This document shows positions 38,332 to 48,422 of a stretch of DNA of 64,000 bases, one piece after another. The stretch lies in assembly GCA_002238505.1 (NCBI GenBank), contig MPMM01000019.1:1790-65789 (forward strand), read 5' to 3'. Origin of the DNA: SAR202 cluster bacterium bin22 (GTDB taxonomy: Bacteria; Chloroflexota; Dehalococcoidia; Lucifugimonadales; UBA3495). Numbering within the stretch: the first letter of the stretch is position 1; the number at the start of each line of letters is the position of its first letter. The notes under the pieces were generated by a model. That model was not told where the DNA came from and searched no databases. It saw only the letters and a list, made by a program, of their open reading frames with translations. The translations under genes were made by a program, and so were the position numbers.

Positions 38332-38553
38332 GATTGTTGGGCGCCCCGTCATGCCCGGGGATTCAAAACCCAAATGCCCAGGAAATCTCGCCTCCGTGGT
38401 CAAGCACAAACCCCCTGCACCCGCTATAATAGAGGCAACCGATGGAACAGCTCACCGACGTCTTCGCATTTACTGCACACCTGTTGCCTCTTTCTTGCGT
38501 CCCACGTTGATTTTCCTGCTCTTCCTTTTCGTAATCTAGGAGTATGTCCCTGT

Positions 38554-40014
38554 ATGCGTTTGCAATCCATATCGTCCCGTTCCCGGAAACCCGACCGCAA
38601 GAAGAACAACAGCCCAGACTTCCCCCGCCCCCAGAGTCACCAGGTAATCTGCGCCGACTGCAGCGCGTCCACCACCGTTCCTTTCCTACCCTTCAAAGGC
38701 CGGCCGGTGTATTGCTCAGACTGCCTTTACCTCCGGCGAAACAGCGTGACCACCACCCGAAAGTCTCCGGCCAAATCTTCCCCATCTGCGAAAAGCTCTT
38801 CGCCGAAACAGTCTGTCAATGGTGTCCAGGCCAGCGTCAGCAAAGAGTCCGTGGCCCCTGATTCCATTTTCCCCCAAATGATTCTGAATGACGCCACCCG
38901 GACCGCCATTGCGGCCATGGGAATCTCCGAGCCCACCCCGATTCAGGAAAAATCCATACCTCACCTGCTGGAAGGCAGAGACCTTATCGGCCAGGCGCGC
39001 ACGGGCTCTGGCAAAACCCTGGCCTTTGCCGTGCCGATGGTCGAGCAGTGCGAATCCAACAGCCGCCAGCCCCAGGCCCTGGTTCTGGTACCCACCCGCG
39101 AATTGGCAATTCAGGTCGGCGGCGTCATCGAGGAACTGGCACGGCCTCAGGGGTTGCACGTCACCCTGTTGTACGGCGGCCGTTCAGTGGGCAACGATTA
39201 CAAGGCTTTGAAGCGGGGCGCGCAGATCATAGTCGGAACCCCCGGCCGCACCCTGGACCATGTTCGCCAGGGCAGTTTGAACCTGAAATCGGTGCGATTC
39301 CTGGTGCTGGACGAGGCCGACGAAATGCTCGACCGCGGATTCGCCGCCGACGTTGACGCCATTCTGAGTCAGACACCATCGCAGCGGCAGACGGCGCTGT
39401 TCTCGGCCACCATGCCGGAGTGGGTGTCGAAAACCTCCAAAAAGCACCTTAAAGACCCGGTTAAGGTGGCTATCGACGCCGACCTGCAAGCTCCGCCTGA
39501 GGTCGAGCACCTGATTTACTCCATCCAGAAAACCGACAAAATGGAAGCGTTGCGTACTCTGCTGGACCGCAGTGACGGTGCTCCAATCCTGGTCTTTGGA
39601 AAGACCAGGCATGGGGTCAAGCGTCTGGCCAGCCAGCTGGATGCCATGGGCTACCCGGTGGGCGCCCTGCAGGGGGATCTCAGCCAGCCAGCCCGCGACC
39701 GCGTAATGAAGGATTTCCGCTCCGGCGCCGCGCAAATCCTGGTCGCTACCAACGTGGCGGCGCGGGGACTGGACGTTGAGGGCATTGGACAGGTCATCAA
39801 CTACGACCTGCCCGACTCGGAACAGTTGTTTACCCACCGGGTGGGCCGTACCGGCCGTATGGGCCGCTCCGGCGAGGCAATCACCTTCATCACGCCGGAC
39901 GAAGACCGGAAGTGGAAGGAAATTGAACGGGGCCTTGGCTGCAGCTTCACGCGCAGGTCGTGGTCACGGGAACGACGGCGCAATCAACGGCAGGAAAAAG
40001 CGGAAACCCGCTAA
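38554..40014 (+). CDS. DEAD-box RNA helicase with N-terminal CxxC-x17-CxxC Zn ribbon
   Basis: PTPIQ, ARTGSGKT, PTRELA, DEAD, SAT and HRVGRTGRMG; N-terminal CADC...CSDC. Start ATG 38554 after AGGAG. Confidence 0.92.
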   Translation: MRLQSISSRSRKPDRKKNNSPDFPRPQSHQVICADCSASTTVPFLPFKGRPVYCSDCLYLRRNSVTTTRKSPAKSSPSAKSSSPKQSVNGVQASVSKESVAPDSIFPQMILNDATRTAIAAMGISEPTPIQEKSIPHLLEGRDLIGQARTGSGKTLAFAVPMVEQCESNSRQPQALVLVPTRELAIQVGGVIEELARPQGLHVTLLYGGRSVGNDYKALKRGAQIIVGTPGRTLDHVRQGSLNLKSVRFLVLDEADEMLDRGFAADVDAILSQTPSQRQTALFSATMPEWVSKTSKKHLKDPVKVAIDADLQAPPEVEHLIYSIQKTDKMEALRTLLDRSDGAPILVFGKTRHGVKRLASQLDAMGYPVGALQGDLSQPARDRVMKDFRSGAAQILVATNVAARGLDVEGIGQVINYDLPDSEQLFTHRVGRTGRMGRSGEAITFITPDEDRKWKEIERGLGCSFTRRSWSRERRRNQRQEKAETR

Positions 40015-40022
40015 TCCCGTTC

Positions 40023-40174
40023 CAGCCGGGCAACCCCCGTCGACCCACTGCGCCGACCTGCTGCCCGCCTGGCCACTTGGCCGGATGGGACCGGTGTACC
40101 CACACCCTGTACCCGCAAGCCCATCGAGGATGCCACCGTAGAAACCCTCCTGCTCAACCCTTCAGCCATGTCAC
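40023..40174 (+). repeat. Degenerate direct copy of the acylase gene 3' end (38182-38325)
   Basis: Shared blocks CCCACT.CGCCGACCTGCTGCCCGCCTGGC and CCATCGAGGATGCCACCGT.GAAACCCTCCTGCTCAA. Confidence 0.85.
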
Positions 40175-40716
40175 GGCGACATGGCCGAAGGCTTTGCCAT
40201 AACAGCAACCTGAGAACGCAATTGCCCCCCAGGCCGGGCCCCGTCACTTGGCATGCCCCTTCCTGCCTTCCGCATTACTGACGCTCGCCCCCCTGTCCCG
40301 ACTGCGTAACCCTCGCCTACTATGAGAGTGGGCATTTACAGGAGACTGGCCAGTTCCAGTTGAGCAGACAGTTGCAGGAGTGAACCAACCATGCCTTTCC
40401 GGTCTCGCCAGAATTATCCATTTTGGCTCAGCATCTCCGCCCATAGCTTGGAAATGGAGGCGGCAGACATCCGCAAGGCATAAGTCTTGTCGCCCTGAGC
40501 GCAGCCGAAGGGCCTGAAAACCTTCCTGACATTCGGTTGCGGGCCCGAAAGCTGGTTTGCCGGATGGTATTTGGATTCTCTTATCCCTGCGAAACCACAG
40601 TTTCCCTAAAGCGCGATTGCCCTTGCCGCAGGTACGGCGCAGCCGGAAGTCGAGCCCCGTTGTGGTAAACTGTCAGGAACTGCAGCTTTTCAAATTCAAG
40701 CGGAATTGAGGAGCCA

Positions 40717-41367
40717 ATGCCCCCAAATACCAGGCTGTCCTTTGCAGTTTCTACGCTGCCCCTCCTCGTAGCGGGTATCGTTGTAGCCATTGTCGCCGCC
40801 GCCGCCCTTTGGAGCGAGTCGCCCGAATTGGCTGCTGCGGTGGGCCTGGCCCTTTTCCTCATAGCTGCCCTGGGTGGTCGGCTGGCCGTCGAAATAGTTC
40901 TGGGCCTCACCCGCTTCTTTGTGGCCGTTTACGAAATTCAGCAAAACGCGGTGGAAAACACCGTATCCCTGACTGAAAAAAAGGTGGATGACATCCTCCG
41001 CCTCTCCGAGACAGATCCCAGGTTCGCCTACTCTGATATGCAGGCATTTCCCAGGTTTGTTCCCAGGAACCACCTGGTCCAGTCTGCCAGGAGAAGCGCC
41101 TGGAGAGCCTGCTGGTTCGCCTACCCCATTGGGCTGGTGTTCACCCTCATTACCGGTTGCACGGCCCTGGTGTTCGAGTTCGTCGGCATAGGCTACCCCA
41201 TGATCGTTCTGGCGGCTGGCGCGGGCTTTACTATTGCTACCCTGCTCGTAGCCTTTGGCGAACCCCTGCTGGGAAACTGGCAGATTATGCGCAAGTGCCG
41301 CCGCATGCTCCGCGCTGCAGACTTCGTGGAAAAACGCCTGCATAACGGGGAAAGCGGCAACTTCTGA
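40717..41367 (+). CDS. Hypothetical membrane protein (about 4 TM)
   Basis: 216-aa ORF with GAGGAG RBS and two pairs of hydrophobic helices; no recognised motif. Confidence 0.65.
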   Translation: MPPNTRLSFAVSTLPLLVAGIVVAIVAAAALWSESPELAAAVGLALFLIAALGGRLAVEIVLGLTRFFVAVYEIQQNAVENTVSLTEKKVDDILRLSETDPRFAYSDMQAFPRFVPRNHLVQSARRSAWRACWFAYPIGLVFTLITGCTALVFEFVGIGYPMIVLAAGAGFTIATLLVAFGEPLLGNWQIMRKCRRMLRAADFVEKRLHNGESGNF

Positions 41368-41416
41368 GCCGGACGCCCCTGGCAGGCTCAGGACCGGCGG
41401 GACAGGAAGCTGAAAC

Positions 41417-43234
41417 ATGCCTGTAAGCAACGAAGAAATAGCGGAACTCTTTGAAAACATGGCCACCCTTCTGGAAATGAAGGGCGACACCGTGTTCAAG
41501 ATTCGTGCCTACCAGCGCGCCGCCCGCACCATCGGCCACCTCTCCTTCTCCCTGGAGCAGGCAGTCAGGGACGAGGTGGACCTGAAGAAAATCCCCGGCA
41601 TCGGCAAGGCCATCAGCGAAAAGACCCAGGAATACCTGGATACCGGCAGAGTCCGGGCCTACGACGAACTGGTAGGCGAACTGCCCGATGGCGTCCTGAC
41701 CCTTATGACCATCCCCGGCATTGGCCCCAAGTCGGCCATGCTCATCACCCAGGAACTGGGCATCAGCACCATCGAGGGCATAGAAAAGTCCATCCACGAT
41801 GGCGCGCTGGCAGCCCTGCCCCGCATGGGCCGTCGGACCGCCGACAATATCCTCCGGCACATCCAGTCCATGCGCACCAAGGACGGCCGGACCCCCATCG
41901 GCTCCGCGCTGGCCGTGGCCGAGGATACGGTAGCCGCCCTGCGCGCCGAATGCCCCTACATCGAGCAGCTATACCCCGCCGGCAGCCTGCGCCGCTGGGA
42001 AGAGACCATCGGCGACATTGACCTGGTGGGCGTGGCCCCCGAGGAACTTCAGGCCGGCGCCGGCGACGTGCTGGCAGCCCTGCCTGCCGTTCAGGAGGTC
42101 CTGGTCCACGGGCCTAAGAAGACCAGTGTCATCCTGGAAGAGGGAATCCAGGTTGACCTGCGGCTGGGCGAGTCCGGTTCCTTCGGCGCCATGCTCCAGT
42201 ACTTCTCCGGCAGCCAGCAGCACAACATACGCCTGCGCGACTACGCCAACCGCCGGGGCTACTCCCTCAACGAATACGGCATAACCAGTCTGTCCAGCGG
42301 CGAGGTCTCCAGTTTCGCTGACGAGGAGTCCTTCTACGCCTTCCTGGGCTTGCCCTATATTGCCCCCGAACTCCGCATTGGCTTCAACGAACTGGAAGCG
42401 GCCCAGGTCAAAGCCCTCCCCAACCTGGTGACCGTGGACGACCTCAAGGGCGACCTGCACCTGCACAGCGAGTGGAGCGACGGACGCGACCCCATAGAGC
42501 GCATGGTTGAGGCCGCGGTGAAACAGGGCTACCAGTACATGGCCCTCACCGACCATTCCTCCGGGCGGGGCGTCGCCAACGGCCTCTCCAACGATCGCCT
42601 GGTCGAGCAGATTGGTATCCTGCGGGACCTGCAGTCCAGCTATCCCATCACCATCCTCTGCGGCTCCGAGGTGGACATCCGCGCCGACGGCACCCTGGAC
42701 TACCCGGACGAACTGTTGGCGGAACTGGACGTGGTCGTCGCTTCGGTCCATTCGGCCATGGGCCAGGACAGCGACACCATGACCCAGCGCATCATCCGGG
42801 CCATGGAGCATCCCTCGGTCACCATCATCGGCCACGCCTCCACCCGCCTGTTGAGCCGCCGCCAGCCCGTCCAGTTCGACATTGAGGCCCTGCTGCGCGC
42901 CGCCCGGGAAACGGGCACCGCCATGGAGGTCAACTCCGCGCCGGAACGCCTCGACCTGAAGGACACCCACGCCCACCGCGCCCGGGAACTGAGCGTCCCC
43001 CTCGCCATCAACACCGACTCCCACCATTACACCAGCCTGGGCCAGCGGCGTTTTGGCGTAGCCGTCGCCCGCCGCGCCTGGTGCGAGTCCAGGCACATCC
43101 TCAACACCCTGCCCCTGGACCGTTTCCTGGCCTATATCCGCACTCCCAAACCCCATCGCCTGGAAGTGTTCGACTCCCGCACCGACGTTCCCCCTGCAAC
43201 CTCCATTCCGCCCAGCCCGCTGGTTGCCCCGTGA
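41417..43234 (+). CDS. polX: DNA polymerase X / PHP 3'-5' exonuclease
   Basis: FKIRAYQRAA, IPGIG HhH motifs, AGSLRR, GDID and QVDLR catalytic aspartates, YFSGS, and PHP motifs DLHLHS, TDHS and NTDSH. Confidence 0.95.
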   Translation: MPVSNEEIAELFENMATLLEMKGDTVFKIRAYQRAARTIGHLSFSLEQAVRDEVDLKKIPGIGKAISEKTQEYLDTGRVRAYDELVGELPDGVLTLMTIPGIGPKSAMLITQELGISTIEGIEKSIHDGALAALPRMGRRTADNILRHIQSMRTKDGRTPIGSALAVAEDTVAALRAECPYIEQLYPAGSLRRWEETIGDIDLVGVAPEELQAGAGDVLAALPAVQEVLVHGPKKTSVILEEGIQVDLRLGESGSFGAMLQYFSGSQQHNIRLRDYANRRGYSLNEYGITSLSSGEVSSFADEESFYAFLGLPYIAPELRIGFNELEAAQVKALPNLVTVDDLKGDLHLHSEWSDGRDPIERMVEAAVKQGYQYMALTDHSSGRGVANGLSNDRLVEQIGILRDLQSSYPITILCGSEVDIRADGTLDYPDELLAELDVVVASVHSAMGQDSDTMTQRIIRAMEHPSVTIIGHASTRLLSRRQPVQFDIEALLRAARETGTAMEVNSAPERLDLKDTHAHRARELSVPLAINTDSHHYTSLGQRRFGVAVARRAWCESRHILNTLPLDRFLAYIRTPKPHRLEVFDSRTDVPPATSIPPSPLVAP

Positions 43235-44028
43235 CCCGGCAGCCGTGGCATAACCCAGACCCCGGCATCGATCCCGGCAATGACCCCGGTATCGAACCCG
43301 GCATCGAACCCGGTATTGACCCTGTGGATGAAATGGGCAGTGTGCTGGCCGCTACGGCTCCCGATGCGGTTATCCACCTGCGGGCAGCCGCCCTGTCCGG
43401 CGTCGCCTGGCCCCGGGCCCTGCTGGAAGCTGTCTCCCTCTGGACCCTACCCCTTGAGACCTGGCAGGACCGCACCTACCGGTACCTTATCGCCGGCGAG
43501 GCCCTGGACTGGCTTACCCTGGTGGAACGGCTCTACTCCGAAATCGAGGACTTCATTCCCCCTTCCGACCTGGAAAGGCTCCTGTTCGAAGGCGCCCTTC
43601 CCGACGACGTCACCCCCGAGGAATTCAAGGAATGGATGGGCGGCAACAAGCACCGGGCCTACCTGAACTACTGGTATGGCGTGGTGGTGGAAGAGGCCCT
43701 CCAGCAGTCGGCGGAGGACGATGTCCGCAAGCGGGAAAAGGCTCGCTGCTACCCCGACAACGAGGACATGGTGGAGGAGGCCTTCACCCACCTGTACGGC
43801 AACACCCGCGCCGTTCTGCTGAAAGAATACCGCAAGGAGGCCGGCCTTCCCGAGTTGTCGCCCCTCTCTCTGGCCGACTGCAAGGAATTCACCTACTGGC
43901 TCTCCAAGCTGCGCTTCAACCTGTGGGACCCGGCCCGCGTAGCCAGCGACACCCGCAAGGGCATCCGCCACCTGGCCCGCCTCGAACAAGTCCCCGGCCC
44001 CCTTCTCGGCGAGGAAGTGCCAGGCTAG
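43231..44028 (+). CDS. Hypothetical protein with N-terminal (D/E)PG(I/N) tandem repeat
   Basis: GTGA overlap with the polX stop and a 12-bp tandem repeat at 43258-43323. The start could instead be ATG 43333. Confidence 0.7.
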   Translation: MTRQPWHNPDPGIDPGNDPGIEPGIEPGIDPVDEMGSVLAATAPDAVIHLRAAALSGVAWPRALLEAVSLWTLPLETWQDRTYRYLIAGEALDWLTLVERLYSEIEDFIPPSDLERLLFEGALPDDVTPEEFKEWMGGNKHRAYLNYWYGVVVEEALQQSAEDDVRKREKARCYPDNEDMVEEAFTHLYGNTRAVLLKEYRKEAGLPELSPLSLADCKEFTYWLSKLRFNLWDPARVASDTRKGIRHLARLEQVPGPLLGEEVPG

Positions 44029-44189
44029 GGGTCGTCAAAAGCCAAATTTCGTCTTTCCGGCGAAAGCCGAAATCCAGAAACGCCTTAATTATGGGTGATA
44101 ACCTTCGCGATGTAACAAGGCTTTGTATTGCAGCGTATTTGCACCTGATACCTGACCGGCAGTAATGGCTAATTTGACGACACCCCTAG
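44025..44189. mobile_element. MITE-like element flanked by CTAG direct repeats
   Basis: CTAG-GGGTCGTCAAAAGCCA ... TGGCTAATTTGACGACACCC-CTAG, with an internal CGTCTTTCCGGCGAAAGCCGAAATCCAG palindrome. Confidence 0.7.
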
Positions 44190-44461
44190 GGCCTGCCGGC
44201 TCCAAATCCCCCATTCCCTTCAGTCCACTTGTCTGTCGGCTTCCCCCTGGCCAATATTGCTCCCTCTTCTTTCAGCCTCTCCATTACCTGCAATCCTTCA
44301 GATTCCACCGTTTTCAGTTCCCTTATTGCCTTCCAACATATTGAAAACCCCGCCCTTCCCGTCTAAAATCTGCACGGCCCAGTTGAATATAGACCGGTAA
44401 AATTTATTGCAGGGCGACCGCATACGTCCCCCTTTCAACTGCGGCAGGAGATTACCCCACC

Positions 44462-45556
44462 ATGGTAAGCAGTGATTACGAAAACGTTTCAACTATGGCA
44501 GAACTGTCCGAGCAGGACTTGTCGCCCCGTCGGTATCAGCGGGGCGAAATTGTAGAAGGTGAAGTGGTGAGGGTGGACGACGACGGCATCGTCGTCAGCA
44601 TCGGCCTCAAGACCGAAGGCATCGTTCCGCCCCAGGAAATGAGGACTCTATCCCAGGAAGAACGGGACGGCATGCACTCCGGTGACAGCGTTATGGTTAC
44701 CGTTAAGGGTGGCCGGGGCCCCGGCGACATGGCTCTACTCTCCCTGGATGCCGCCAAGGAAGAGCAGGGTTGGCTGGAACTGCTCCAGCACTCAAAGAAT
44801 GGCGAAACCATCACCGCCCGTGTCGTGGAACAGAACCGGGGCGGCGTGGTGGTCAACTACCTGGGCATCCGCGGGTTCGTACCCTTCTCCCAGCTGGCGC
44901 CCACGCCCAGCGATACCAGGGAACAGGCCATCGCCGAACGCATGGGCCAGGAATACCCCTTCCACATCCTCGAAGTGGAACAGGCCAGGGAGCGGCTGGT
45001 CCTCTCCGAGCGCGCCATCTGGCAGAAACAGCAGGAAGCGGAACGCGACGAGTTCCTCGCCACCCTGGAAGAAGGCGCCCTCGTCACTGGCAAGGTAACC
45101 TCCCTCCGGGGCTTTGGCGCTTTCGTAAATCTGGGCAAGGCCGAAGGACTCGTCCATATCTCCGAACTCGCCTGGAGCCGCATCAAGGGACCGGAAGAGG
45201 TGGTCAGCGTCGGCCAGGAACTGGAAGTCCAGATCCTGAAGGTGGACCCCGAAACCAAGCGCATCAGTCTCAGCCTCAAGCGCACCCAGCCCGAACCCTG
45301 GGAATCGGTGCCCGAGCGCTACAACATAGGCGACATCGTCGAGGGCACAGTTACCCGGCTGGCCGACTTCGGCGCCTTTGTCCGCCTGGAAGACTGGGTC
45401 GAGGGCCTGGTGCACATTTCCGAGCTTTCCCCCCGCCAGGTCAAGAACCCCAGCGAGTGCGTGTACGTCAACCAGCAGGTCCGCGTCCTGATTATGGACA
45501 TTGATCCGGTCAAACGCCGTATGAGCCTCAGCTACAAGAAGGCTTTCGGGATGTAA
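44462..45556 (+). CDS. rpsA: Ribosomal protein S1-type protein with four S1 domains
   Basis: Repeated S1 motifs (GFVPFSQL, FGAFVNLG...GLVHISEL, FGAFVRLE...GLVHISEL). An alternative start is 44495. Confidence 0.85.
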   Translation: MVSSDYENVSTMAELSEQDLSPRRYQRGEIVEGEVVRVDDDGIVVSIGLKTEGIVPPQEMRTLSQEERDGMHSGDSVMVTVKGGRGPGDMALLSLDAAKEEQGWLELLQHSKNGETITARVVEQNRGGVVVNYLGIRGFVPFSQLAPTPSDTREQAIAERMGQEYPFHILEVEQARERLVLSERAIWQKQQEAERDEFLATLEEGALVTGKVTSLRGFGAFVNLGKAEGLVHISELAWSRIKGPEEVVSVGQELEVQILKVDPETKRISLSLKRTQPEPWESVPERYNIGDIVEGTVTRLADFGAFVRLEDWVEGLVHISELSPRQVKNPSECVYVNQQVRVLIMDIDPVKRRMSLSYKKAFGM

Positions 45557-45558
45557 CC

Positions 45559-46362
45559 ATGAACCCCGATCAGGAGTCGCCGGCCAACCGGCCGCAACCC
45601 ACCGAACCCGTTGCCGGCGCAGAAACCGGGGACGACACCCAGCCGGCTGCCCAGGAACTGGGTCGGGTAGAACGCCCGCCCGCCGAACAGTTCCAGGGCA
45701 TGCGCCGGCTGCTGTTGGTGCCCCTGATGTTTGCTCCCCCCGCCGAAACCGAAGGCGGCGCCTCCGACGGCCAGGCTATCTACGACCGGTACTGGGACCA
45801 GGTCCGCACCCAGATAGACGCGCTGGCTTCCGGGTTGGGCGGTCTCCACCGCATTTACCACGAGAGCCTGGTGGAAGGCGGCCAGGAAGGCCTGGACTAC
45901 CTGCAGATGGCCTACCGCCACGCCCACTCCTTCATCCAGGTCAGGTTCCAGGCTGGGGCCACCCTGGAAGCCACCGAAAGTATCGACCTGATTACGGAAA
46001 CCCTGGACCTGCAGCGCTGCCTGATGATCCCCTTTACCAACGACCAGGTGGCCGCCCGCATCCAGGACTGGCTGGCCGAAAGCACCCGGGCGCGTTACGA
46101 ATACATAGCCGGTCAGATCGAGCAGACCCTCCAGCCCGATGAGACCGGGCTGCTGCTGATTAACGAGCGGCACCAGGTCCAGTTCCCCTCCGACCTTGAG
46201 GTCTTCTACGTGGCCCCGCCGGCCCTGGACGAGTACCGGCGCTGGATCCAGAACTGGATCGCCCGCCAGCAGCAGGCCGAAGCGGAAGCCATGCAGGCTG
46301 CTGCCACCACCGCGGCCGAGGATGGGATAACGGAAGAACCCGCGGAAGAAACCCGGGAATAA
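45559..46362 (+). CDS. Hypothetical protein, likely co-transcribed with rpsA
   Basis: 267-aa ORF starting 2 bp after the rpsA stop, with host-like codon usage. Confidence 0.75.
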   Translation: MNPDQESPANRPQPTEPVAGAETGDDTQPAAQELGRVERPPAEQFQGMRRLLLVPLMFAPPAETEGGASDGQAIYDRYWDQVRTQIDALASGLGGLHRIYHESLVEGGQEGLDYLQMAYRHAHSFIQVRFQAGATLEATESIDLITETLDLQRCLMIPFTNDQVAARIQDWLAESTRARYEYIAGQIEQTLQPDETGLLLINERHQVQFPSDLEVFYVAPPALDEYRRWIQNWIARQQQAEAEAMQAAATTAAEDGITEEPAEETRE

Positions 46363-46548
46363 CCTGCGCTCCCAGCGCCAACGGTACGACAGCGCTCCTC
46401 AATCCGGTGGTTGACATTCATGGGGACGGGTTAGAAACCCTCCCTTGTCGCCCCTCCAAACCTCTCCCAGGGCAATGCCACCCAGGGCGACTGCCCTGCC
46501 CGACAGTAGAGTAGGGTTTCGTTTCAGGTGGTATGGACAACCGGAACG

Positions 46549-46575
46549 GTAGGGGCAGACCTGTGTGTCTGCCCT
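46549..46575. repeat. GTAG-type REP palindrome
   Basis: GTAGGGGCAGACCTGTGTGTCTGCCCT, identical to the copies at 7678 and 35384. Confidence 0.85.
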
Positions 46576-46629
46576 TGTCTCACAAATGAAACCACCTGAT
46601 TAGGAACGCTACTTAACAGTAGCCGTTGC

Positions 46630-46659
46630 TTGACATAGTGAAATTGCCGTGAATATAAT
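46630..46659 (+). promoter_or_regulatory. Sigma70 promoter of pyrG
   Basis: TTGACA-N18-TATAAT, about 120 bp upstream of the ATG. Confidence 0.75.
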
Positions 46660-46781
46660 CAGGAAGTACCACGGCTCACCATCACGACCCCTCGCGTAGG
46701 CCGTCTCTCTTACCCAACCCGAACAGCACTTTCTCCAAACGTAAGTTTGTTCGCCTCTTAACAGTTTTTTATGGCTGAGGC

Positions 46782-48422
46782 ATGACCACCAAGTATATTT
46801 TTGTCACCGGCGGAGTCGTCAGTTCCATCGGTAAGGGGATTTGCGTTGCCTCCATTGGCCGCCTCCTCAAGAGCAGGGGGTTGTCCGTTTCGGTGGCAAA
46901 GCTCGATCCCTACCTGAATGTTGACCCCGGCACCATGTCCCCCTATCAGCACGGAGAAGTTTTCGTCACCAGGGATGGCGGCGAAACCGACCTGGACCTG
47001 GGGCACTACGAGCGGTTCATCGATGTCGAGTTGACCCGCTCCTCCAACCTCACCGCCGGCCAGGTTTACATGACCCTTATCGCCAGGGAACGCCGCGGCG
47101 ATTTCCTGGGAGGCACCATCCAGACGGTGCCCCACGTTACCAACGAAATCAAGGCCAGGCTCACCGAACTGGCCTCCGAATCCCAGGTGGATGTCCTCGT
47201 GGTGGAGGTCGGCGGCACCGTAGGCGACATTGAAGGTCTCCCCTTCCTGGAAGCCATCCGCCAGATGCGCAAGGACGTGGGCCGCAATAATGTCTGCTAC
47301 GTCCACCTTACCCTGCTGCCTTACATATCCGGCGCCGAGGAACTGAAGACCAAGCCCACCCAGCACAGCGTCAAGGAGTTAAGGGGTATCGGTATACAGC
47401 CCGATGCTCTGATCTGCCGCAGCGATAACCCCATATCCGACTCCATTCGGGACAAGCTGTCCCTCTTCTGCGATGTGGACGGCGAGGCTGTCATTCCACT
47501 GGAAACAGTGGCTAACGTTTACGAGGTCCCCCTGATCCTGGAACGGGCCGGCCTTGGCGACTTCCTGGTAAATCTCCTGTCCCTTCAGGGTCAGCCCCAG
47601 GACCTGTCGGAATGGACCCAGATGGTGGAAAGAATGCGGCGCCCCTCGGGTAAACTCCCCATCGCCATCGTCGGCAAATATGTGGAGTACCCCGACTCCT
47701 ATCTCTCCGTAAGGGAGGCCCTCCGCCACGCCGGCACGGCCTACGATCAGGACGTCGAGATAAAGTGGGTCCACTCCGAGGACATCGAACGTCACGGTCC
47801 CGACGCCTACTTGGCCGACGTAATGGGCATCGTTGTCCCCGGTGGCTTCGGCCCCAGGGGCGTTGAGGGCATGATTGATACGGTGCAGTACGCCCGGGAG
47901 AACGGTATCCCCTACCTGGGTTTGTGCCTGGGCCTGCAGGTGATGATAATAGACTGGGCCAGGCATATCCTTGGGCTGGACGGCGCCAATTCTTCGGAAC
48001 TGGACCCGGAAACGCCCCACCCGGTTATCCATATCATGCCAGAGCAGGAAGCCATCACCGACCTGGGTGGCACCATGAGGCTGGGCGGCTATCCCTGCCG
48101 GCCGCAGCAGAACACCCTGACCTTCTCCACCTACGGCAAGCAGGAGATTGAAGAGCGTCACCGGCACCGGTTCGAGGTCAACAACCTTTACCGTGAATGC
48201 CTGGAAGAATCGGGAATGATCATGGGCGGCCTCTCCCCCGACGGCAAGCTGGTGGAGACGGCCGAAGTCGCGGAGCATCCGTTTATGGTTGGGGTTCAGT
48301 TCCACCCCGAGTTCCAGTCCCGGCCCAATCGGCCCCACCCGCTTTTCTGCCAGTTTATCGCCCATTCCCTGAACGTCATCCGGGAAGGCAACCAGCAGCC
48401 CCTTCCCCTGGAAACCCGTTAA
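46782..48422 (+). CDS. pyrG: CTP synthase
   Basis: KYIFVTGGVVSSIGKG, DPYLNVDPGTMSPYQHGEV, GLCLG, ERHRHR and QFHPEF. Confidence 0.98.
   Translation: MTTKYIFVTGGVVSSIGKGICVASIGRLLKSRGLSVSVAKLDPYLNVDPGTMSPYQHGEVFVTRDGGETDLDLGHYERFIDVELTRSSNLTAGQVYMTLIARERRGDFLGGTIQTVPHVTNEIKARLTELASESQVDVLVVEVGGTVGDIEGLPFLEAIRQMRKDVGRNNVCYVHLTLLPYISGAEELKTKPTQHSVKELRGIGIQPDALICRSDNPISDSIRDKLSLFCDVDGEAVIPLETVANVYEVPLILERAGLGDFLVNLLSLQGQPQDLSEWTQMVERMRRPSGKLPIAIVGKYVEYPDSYLSVREALRHAGTAYDQDVEIKWVHSEDIERHGPDAYLADVMGIVVPGGFGPRGVEGMIDTVQYARENGIPYLGLCLGLQVMIIDWARHILGLDGANSSELDPETPHPVIHIMPEQEAITDLGGTMRLGGYPCRPQQNTLTFSTYGKQEIEERHRHRFEVNNLYRECLEESGMIMGGLSPDGKLVETAEVAEHPFMVGVQFHPEFQSRPNRPHPLFCQFIAHSLNVIREGNQQPLPLETR

Noticed and set aside
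40391-40483. 30-codon ORF after AGGAG (MPFRSRQ...AADIRKA)
   Set aside because: It is too short with no convincing motif; it may be a gene remnant but cannot be supported.
46660-46781. Bacillus-type pyrG attenuator (GGGC reiterative transcription)
   Set aside because: There is no GGGC at the predicted start site and no convincing terminator stem in the leader.
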